From sequence record OP312987.1: a stretch of 64,000 nt of DNA, one strand, 5' to 3'. This document shows, piece after piece, positions 58,525 through 64,000 of the stretch. The position numbers were made by a program, and so were the translations under genes. Position 1 is the first letter of the stretch; every line of letters starts with the position of its first letter. The DNA is from Escherichia phage vB_EcoS_Uz-1. The notes below the pieces were generated by a model. It saw only the letters and a program-made list of their open reading frames with translations. It ran no database searches and had not been told where the DNA came from.

Positions 58525-58904
58525 TAGTATTTACTGCCTCTTCTATACCAAGGATAGTGATGGGTAGTACTTTTACCTTTGAACACATCCTTAGTACGCG
58601 GATTCTTTTGTATTTGAGCCAGGTAAAGAGGTATTTCGTCATAACACGGGTTAAGCCAAAACAAATCTATGATTCGGTCTACCTTAGTTTTCAGATTAGG
58701 TTCTAGGGGAATGTATGAATTAAAAGGTCTGCTAGTAGTCCATCCTCTCTGAACAAGAACCTGCATTGTTGTATAAAGATCTAATTCATTTCCATTCTCT
58801 ACTTGATCATGAATAGTTTTACCTAAAGTAAGCATTGCAGTTTGTTCCAGCTTACTTAAGTCCAATCCTTGCAGGATAGACTTACCATTTTGTCTACTTG
58901 ACAT
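58524..58904 (-). CDS. hypothetical protein
   Basis: 126-aa ORF. Confidence 0.5.
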   Translation of the reverse strand: MSSRQNGKSILQGLDLSKLEQTAMLTLGKTIHDQVENGNELDLYTTMQVLVQRGWTTSRPFNSYIPLEPNLKTKVDRIIDLFWLNPCYDEIPLYLAQIQKNPRTKDVFKGKSTTHHYPWYRRGSKY

Positions 58905-58912
58905 AAGAGTAC

Positions 58913-58945
58913 CTGTAAATAAAAAAGCCCACTGGTTAGGTGGGC
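58913..58945 (-). terminator. intrinsic terminator
   Basis: AGCCCAC...GTGGGCT hairpin followed on the minus strand by TTTTTTATTTAC. Confidence 0.7.
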
Positions 58946-59059
58946 TTGGGTTAGGAGATGGATAAGCAATGAGCTGGAAGTAACTTCCGCAAGCACCACT
59001 ATGTAATGATGCTTAGATTAGTTACTCTGCTTTGCTACTACCGTTTGAGACTACAACAG

Positions 59060-59299
59060 TTACGATTGTAGTCTGAGACTGCCTTTATTAGACAGTGCCC
59101 AAATTAGTGCTACTACCCAGAAGACTAAAGACCAGCCTAATACGATATTGAGCACACCAATGCCCCACTTGGAGGCATGGCCTCGTGCAAAAGCAATGAT
59201 AGTAGGGATGAGGTATACAGCTATTATGAATAAGAAAACAAGGATTGCTGCTAAAGATTCCATGATGGTTCCTATGTGGGGTTGAGTTAGTTTCTTCAC
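59060..59299 (-). CDS. superinfection immunity (Imm-like) membrane protein
   Basis: 79-aa two-TM protein with YLIPTIIAFARGHASKWGIGVLNIVLGWSLVFWVVALIWAL, matching the recalled signature of the T4 Imm-like family. Confidence 0.65.
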   Translation of the reverse strand: MKKLTQPHIGTIMESLAAILVFLFIIAVYLIPTIIAFARGHASKWGIGVLNIVLGWSLVFWVVALIWALSNKGSLRLQS

Positions 59300-59336
59300 A
59301 AATAGCCCAACTATGCTGGGCTATTTAGGCAGCTAC

Positions 59337-59546
59337 TTACTCAGCATCTTTGCTTGCAGAAGCAAGAGCTTTCTTCAGGTAATTACGTACTGAACGATAG
59401 GTTTCTTTAGTATCCATAGCATTATCATTTACGAAAGTGATACGTGCACAATCAGACAGCGGAATCTGCTCCACTGCAATTACATTTGCAGCATTAATGG
59501 TTACACGTACATCTGAGGTTGCATGAGTTACTTGAAATACTGACAT
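59337..59546 (-). CDS. small hypothetical protein
   Basis: 69-aa ORF. Confidence 0.45.
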   Translation of the reverse strand: MSVFQVTHATSDVRVTINAANVIAVEQIPLSDCARITFVNDNAMDTKETYRSVRNYLKKALASASKDAE

Positions 59547-59555
59547 GTTGTTTCC

Positions 59556-60062
59556 TTAATTAAGCCGTCTAGCAGCTACTGGTTTATCTTCCTGGTTCTG
59601 ATACTTGCCATTGTAATTAGCAGGTTCTTGAACCAGATGAAATAATACTTGAGCTATCCCAGCACCAGCCGGGATATGCAATTTCTTACGACCATGATAG
59701 ACCAGTTCGAGGGTAAGATACCCTTTCCATCCTGGTTCTATTACGGTATTGAACACTGATAATGCACGTCTTGCCCACGTAGACTTATCGTGAACGATGG
59801 CTACACAGGACGGGGACATATTAAACTTCTCAATTGCTGAGGCCAAGGCGAACTTACCGAGATGGCGTGATACTTGATTTCCATCAACGACTTTCACCAT
59901 TGGAATCAACCCAAATAAGCGATAGAAGGTAATATCCTGTTTGATACGAATATCATAACCAGCTTCACCTAATCCGTAGCTTACACCATGCTTAGATACC
60001 TTACGGTCTGGGACATCCAGCAGCTGAGATGAACGGTATAGAGAATTACCATTAACAACCAT
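59556..60062 (-). CDS. dCTP deaminase-like protein (dUTPase superfamily)
   Basis: AGYDIRI and VIEPGWKGYLTLELVYHG resemble dCTP deaminase/dUTPase motifs; 168 aa. Confidence 0.55.
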   Translation of the reverse strand: MVVNGNSLYRSSQLLDVPDRKVSKHGVSYGLGEAGYDIRIKQDITFYRLFGLIPMVKVVDGNQVSRHLGKFALASAIEKFNMSPSCVAIVHDKSTWARRALSVFNTVIEPGWKGYLTLELVYHGRKKLHIPAGAGIAQVLFHLVQEPANYNGKYQNQEDKPVAARRLN

Positions 60063-60580
60063 TATTTCATTCCTTTAGGGATATGAACTACCTCCCCAAA
60101 AGGTACGGTAGCATTGGGATTATTCAGAACACACCAGATGATAGGAATATCAAATGGCAATTCTTCCATTGGACGAACATACATATCGGAGAATATGATT
60201 GCAGCGGTTGGCTTATTCTTAATAATCCAATCACGTACTGGTTCCAGGTTTGTACCACCACGACCTGTAATCTTAATCTCTTCAAATGTATCTTCTTCAG
60301 TGATGTCTATCTCTTCTTGGATAATATCGTCGAAGGTAATTAGGGACATCTTCTTAGGATTGAACTGGCTTTTAACGTAGGCAACCTCTGAGTTAAATCG
60401 CAGAGAGTCTGCACTACTAATAGAACCAGATACATCTTCAAAGTAGGCCAGGTGTCGTAAACGTCCTTCATCATCTTCCATAGAAGGTAGATAGATATCA
60501 GTAAAACGACGGTTAGGTCTGGCCCATGTATAACGTGATTCATCAATGTCGGTAAAAAGTTCATCAGAACTTCTTGCCAT
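60062..60580 (-). CDS. VWA-like domain fragment (C-terminal part of a metallopeptidase-VWA protein)
   Basis: MIDAS-like EDVSGSIS and ITGRGGT motifs; upstream region continues in other frames toward the metallopeptidase ORF. Confidence 0.55.
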   Translation of the reverse strand: MARSSDELFTDIDESRYTWARPNRRFTDIYLPSMEDDEGRLRHLAYFEDVSGSISSADSLRFNSEVAYVKSQFNPKKMSLITFDDIIQEEIDITEEDTFEEIKITGRGGTNLEPVRDWIIKNKPTAAIIFSDMYVRPMEELPFDIPIIWCVLNNPNATVPFGEVVHIPKGMK

Positions 60581-60634
60581 GGAACCACTGGTTTAAGAAA
60601 TTGGGTAATAACCTCTTCCATACGACCAGCACCC

Positions 60635-61234
60635 TTACCTGGCATCTGTCCACCAGCCATTTTCTGGCTTTGCATTGCACGTACTACGTTGTTGACAACA
60701 GCACCCTGGGACTGCCCGGAGTGGGGATTTCATGTCGCCAGCAAGACCTGCTCCAGCACCCCCTGACGGCTTCTGCCTTTTCTGAGGGTTCTTCATCAAG
60801 TCATCGTAGATATCTTCTTCGACCCATCCTTTATATTGAGGGTCTTTGCAAATACCTTTGTCGATACCAGTGAATTTGTAACCATCTTCTTCTAACTGAA
60901 GGTTAATGAAGTGGTCACATGCCTGGTTCCAGACTTCTGGGTCACGGCTTCCACGACGGATGTCATGTAGATATGCCACATGCCAGAGTTCGTGCATTAA
61001 CACTGTTTCTCTTGCGTCTGGACACATCCAGATAAAGAAATCTGGATTGAAATGGAGTTCTATCCCATCGGTACATGCAGTGGGACAATCCTCGCGTTTC
61101 CACGAGAACTTAAGACTACATAGTAATGAACCAAAGAACGCAGCGCTTCGACCTAGGAAAGCCTGAGCTTGAATACGATCATATTCACGCATGAGTTGTT
61201 CATCTGTGAGACTATGCGTAGGTATACTGTTCAT
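60635..61234 (-). CDS. zinc metallopeptidase-like fragment (HExxH), N-terminal part of metallopeptidase-VWA protein
   Basis: HELWHVAYLH motif; C-terminal ~40 aa of the ORF look out of frame (Cys/Gln-rich). Confidence 0.55.
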   Translation of the reverse strand: MNSIPTHSLTDEQLMREYDRIQAQAFLGRSAAFFGSLLCSLKFSWKREDCPTACTDGIELHFNPDFFIWMCPDARETVLMHELWHVAYLHDIRRGSRDPEVWNQACDHFINLQLEEDGYKFTGIDKGICKDPQYKGWVEEDIYDDLMKNPQKRQKPSGGAGAGLAGDMKSPLRAVPGCCCQQRSTCNAKPENGWWTDAR

Positions 61235-61712
61235 TAGGGTGCTCCATGATTGGGGTGATAGCCATACAGTTTTTCAGCCGCTTTTCTGGCGTCTATGGCA
61301 TCTTGCTTGTCTGCAAAAGTGCCCAAACTTACCAGACGTGTTCCATCAGATATAGCTGCATACCAGATGGAATCACGCTTGTGCCAGTACACACCAGTAA
61401 CACCACTGGAATTAGTTACCCGTTTCTTTTGGTTTCTGGTGTTAGTTCTGCTGTCTACTAATCTAAAGTTACTTAGAAGGTTATTAACCCTATTGTGGTC
61501 TAGGTGATCAATCTGCATACCTTTCGGGATAGGTCCATTGTGCATTTCCCATATGACACGGTGCACTTTGTAACTTTTGCCCTTATAGTTGAAGCATAAA
61601 TAACCATCGCTATTTAGATTACCTACCTTTTTCCAGCAATGCCTCTGGAGGCTACTGTAACTTTCCAGAATAGCTCCCCATTTATGTAAACGAGTATGTC
61701 ATTCCAGTTCAT
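61234..61712 (-). CDS. HNH homing endonuclease with AP2-like domain, frame-shifted in this assembly
   Basis: ORF track 61234..61566 has HNH motif IDHLDHNRVNNLLSNFRLVDSRTN and AP2-like tail; the N-terminal ~50 aa (MNWNDILVYINGELFWKV...) lie upstream in another frame from ATG 61712, joined if an A5 run gains one base. Confidence 0.75.
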
Positions 61713-61719
61713 GTTGTGA

Positions 61720-62220
61720 TTATCCGTGAATGTAGCGGGAGATGTTAGCAGCAGCCTTACGCCATTCAGGGGTAGCCTGAAGTTCTGGCAATGCTCTGCC
61801 TACTGTACGAAAGTACAGAATCTTATGAGTGAACGTTTTAAAGCGTTCAATGTACTGAAGAACATCAGCGAAGTTTTCCTCAGTAGTTTTGTTAGCCAGA
61901 TGGTTAACGGTAGCCCAACACAGGTTATTATCTTCCGGTAGTGTACAGCCCATAGGGTCTTTGACTACCTTATCAATCGTAATGATACGATTGTACACCT
62001 GTGTAAATTGAACAAACTCTGTAGCCTTACCAGCAGTAACGTGTCCTGCATAGTAGATAGAATCTTCATCAGGCAGAGCACCTTCAGGACGGTTCTTGAG
62101 GTCTTTGTTAACAAAGTCCCAGGTACGAGGGCAACAGAACGTTTTGTTCTTATGTGCTGGGTCGAAGTCATGCAGATAACCGGGGTTAGCATGTAAGAAT
62201 GCAACCAGACGTTCATCCAT
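61720..62220 (-). CDS. MoxR-like AAA+ ATPase, C-terminal fragment
   Basis: 166-aa ORF overlapping the 3' part of the ATPase ORF in another frame; protein-like sequence. Confidence 0.5.
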   Translation of the reverse strand: MDERLVAFLHANPGYLHDFDPAHKNKTFCCPRTWDFVNKDLKNRPEGALPDEDSIYYAGHVTAGKATEFVQFTQVYNRIITIDKVVKDPMGCTLPEDNNLCWATVNHLANKTTEENFADVLQYIERFKTFTHKILYFRTVGRALPELQATPEWRKAAANISRYIHG

Positions 62221-62771
62221 TGTTGTGGAATCATTACGTCTTCAACAAAGATGTCGAAGTTAAGTTCCATTTCGAAGTGGACAACACGGGACTGCATTGC
62301 AGTACCCAGTGGGTTAACGATGGCACGGTCAGTAGCTTTGTTACCAGCACAGATAATCATCACATTAGGATGAAGTTTTTTCTGACCAGTCATACGGTCT
62401 AGAATCAGTTTATATGCAGCAGCTATTACTTCTTTGCGAGCAGATGGGAACTCATCAAGGAATAAGAGCCAGCCATTATATCCTTCCGGTATTTTATCCC
62501 CTTCAATTGGGAATAAGTCAGCGAATGGAATAAACTCTGCACGGTCACCATTACGGAATGGTAAGCCAGAAAGGTCTTCCGGGGCAGAAGTTGACAGACG
62601 ATGGTCTATCAACTTCATACCAAATTCTTCTGCAATAGAACGAATGATTGCAGATTTACCCATGCCAGGTGATGAAGTCAGGAACGGTACGTTACCTGCT
62701 TTCAAAGCACGGATAATAAAGTTACGAGCTTGACGTGAATTACATACGGTCAAGGAGTCAATGCTTGCCAT
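61965..62771 (-). CDS. MoxR-like AAA+ ATPase, N-terminal part
   Basis: Walker A SSPGMGKSA, Walker B LLFLDEFPSA, ICAGN sensor-like motif; last ~60 aa look out of frame. Confidence 0.7.
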   Translation of the reverse strand: MASIDSLTVCNSRQARNFIIRALKAGNVPFLTSSPGMGKSAIIRSIAEEFGMKLIDHRLSTSAPEDLSGLPFRNGDRAEFIPFADLFPIEGDKIPEGYNGWLLFLDEFPSARKEVIAAAYKLILDRMTGQKKLHPNVMIICAGNKATDRAIVNPLGTAMQSRVVHFEMELNFDIFVEDVMIPQQWMNVWLHSYMLTPVICMTSTQHIRTKRSVALVPGTLLTKTSRTVLKVLCLMKILSTMQDTLLLVRLQSLFNLHRCTIVSLRLIR

Positions 62772-62805
62772 TTACTTACTCTCCTAAAGCTAATGGAATT
62801 ACTGA

Positions 62806-63135
62806 TTAAGATTTAGTGCAGGGATAGGCCTTGTGTACTGAGTACACAACAATTTGAGATGTATTCTTCATCTTGAGGATTGCAGAGTCATAAATAACCA
62901 CTTTGGCAATCTTAGGCAGAATGACCGAATATTTAATACCTTCTGGAACACAGTTATCTGTGCTCTCGATGTAAGAGATCATACTGCCCATGAAGAAACC
63001 TTGTCCGAACGCATCACGAGTGTCATCCAGGTAAGCCTGAGCACCTTCCAGAATTGGTTCTGGTTCAATTGCTTGTGCACTTGGGGCTAAAGCTATCAGT
63101 GCAGCTACTGCAATACCTTTAAGTAAAGTTTTCAT
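62806..63135 (-). CDS. secreted/periplasmic hypothetical protein
   Basis: N-terminal signal-peptide-like MKTLLKGIAVAALIALAPSAQA; 109 aa. Confidence 0.55.
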   Translation of the reverse strand: MKTLLKGIAVAALIALAPSAQAIEPEPILEGAQAYLDDTRDAFGQGFFMGSMISYIESTDNCVPEGIKYSVILPKIAKVVIYDSAILKMKNTSQIVVYSVHKAYPCTKS

Positions 63136-63321
63136 TTAGTTACCTTTCATTTCATTGAGTTTAAGTACACCGATAGGGGTTAATGACCACCCAAGACCAG
63201 CATTGAACTGAACTAAGCCCAGCTTCTTAAGAGACTGTGCGGTTTTGTTATTACGGTTGCTGGTGGCAGAACCACCTTGAACCATACGAAGGAAGATTGC
63301 TTGGGACTGAGTTAATTTCAA
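63136..63321 (-). CDS. small hypothetical protein
   Basis: 61-aa ORF abutting neighbours in a compact operon. Confidence 0.4.
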   Translation of the reverse strand: MKLTQSQAIFLRMVQGGSATSNRNNKTAQSLKKLGLVQFNAGLGWSLTPIGVLKLNEMKGN

Positions 63322-63527
63322 AGGTAATATCCTTCCAGGTTTATTGGTGTTACAAATGTATTTGCTGATAGATAGAATGATTTACCAGTTTCTACAGCAA
63401 CAGCAGCAGGTTTGCCTTCAGGTAGGTGAATCTTTAAACACACTGTCTGGTTATAAATAAAACCATTAGCAGGCTCTACATCACCGAAAGTTACTTCATT
63501 GTTCTCAGAACGATTTGTTACTTTCAC
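63318..63527 (-). CDS. small hypothetical protein
   Basis: 69-aa ORF, 4-nt overlap with neighbours. Confidence 0.45.
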   Translation of the reverse strand: MKVTNRSENNEVTFGDVEPANGFIYNQTVCLKIHLPEGKPAAVAVETGKSFYLSANTFVTPINLEGYYL

Positions 63528-63784
63528 TCATCTTCTCCTTCATCCGGTAGCGGTGATAAATCTACACCTAAATGCTTCAGGCGTTTCTCTAAGTCATCTA
63601 CCTTATTTTGATAAAATGACAGTAGCTCAGGTAGTATTCTTGTACGAGCTTGCGGTCCTAAATCCTTATCGTAAAAGGATACTTTCACCATATGTGGAGC
63701 TTTCTTCAAACTAGCTAATTGCTGTCGGTTGTCGTTGTATTCTTCATACAATTTCTCAACCAAATGTAGATTGTGGATATTCAT
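63524..63784 (-). CDS. hypothetical protein
   Basis: 86-aa ORF, 4-nt overlap with neighbours. Confidence 0.5.
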   Translation of the reverse strand: MNIHNLHLVEKLYEEYNDNRQQLASLKKAPHMVKVSFYDKDLGPQARTRILPELLSFYQNKVDDLEKRLKHLGVDLSPLPDEGEDE

Positions 63785-63969
63785 TTCTTCTCCGGTACGA
63801 ACTGCATTACACAGCTTTGATTACGAGGGATATTAAGTTCACATTCATGCTTGAGGGTTTGTGTTACAGAGTTTGGAGTAGAACCAAAATAGGTATTGGA
63901 GATAGCTACGAATCCTGCACCTATTAAACCACCTAGTAAGAATGAGAAGAATGCAATCTCTTTATACAT
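63781..63969 (-). CDS. small membrane protein
   Basis: 62 aa with N-terminal hydrophobic segment IAFFSFLLGGLIGAGFVAI. Confidence 0.45.
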   Translation of the reverse strand: MYKEIAFFSFLLGGLIGAGFVAISNTYFGSTPNSVTQTLKHECELNIPRNQSCVMQFVPEKK

Positions 63970-64000
63970 TTCCTGGCTCCAGATGTAGAAAACCCAGTCA

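Overview
This window looks like a large contiguous piece of an N4-like (Schitoviridae-type) podophage genome, read by eye from the sequence and ORF track with no database searches. Plus strand ~2.7-35.7 kb is the late module: putative small terminase, large terminase, tail/tailspike proteins, a lysis cassette (holin, signal-anchored GH108 muramidase, nested spanins), portal, scaffold-like protein, major capsid protein, internal virion proteins and a ~3570-aa virion RNA polymerase with T7-like catalytic motifs. Minus strand ~35.7-64 kb is the replication/nucleotide-metabolism module: DUF2829 protein, a ~1.9 kb noncoding tRNA/tRNA-like cluster, RuvC-like resolvase, SSB-like protein, P-loop ATPase, primase, Cas4-like exonuclease, family A DNA polymerase, Dda-like helicase, rIIA/rIIB-like genes, ThyX-like protein, dCTP deaminase-like protein, Imm-like membrane protein, a MoxR ATPase / VWA-metallopeptidase pair and two HNH endonuclease genes. 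The left 2.6 kb carries a tandem array of small diverged paralogs on the minus strand. Several genes (DNA polymerase, rIIA, MoxR ATPase, VWA-metallopeptidase, one HNH gene, one paralog, probably a tail gene) are split by single-nucleotide frame changes, mostly at homopolymer runs, which most likely reflects indel errors in the assembly. No CRISPR array or integrase was seen. The most interesting candidates are the paralog array, the terminator-insulated DUF2829 (Tad2-like) gene, the HNH gene with a flanking target duplication, and the tRNA-like cluster.
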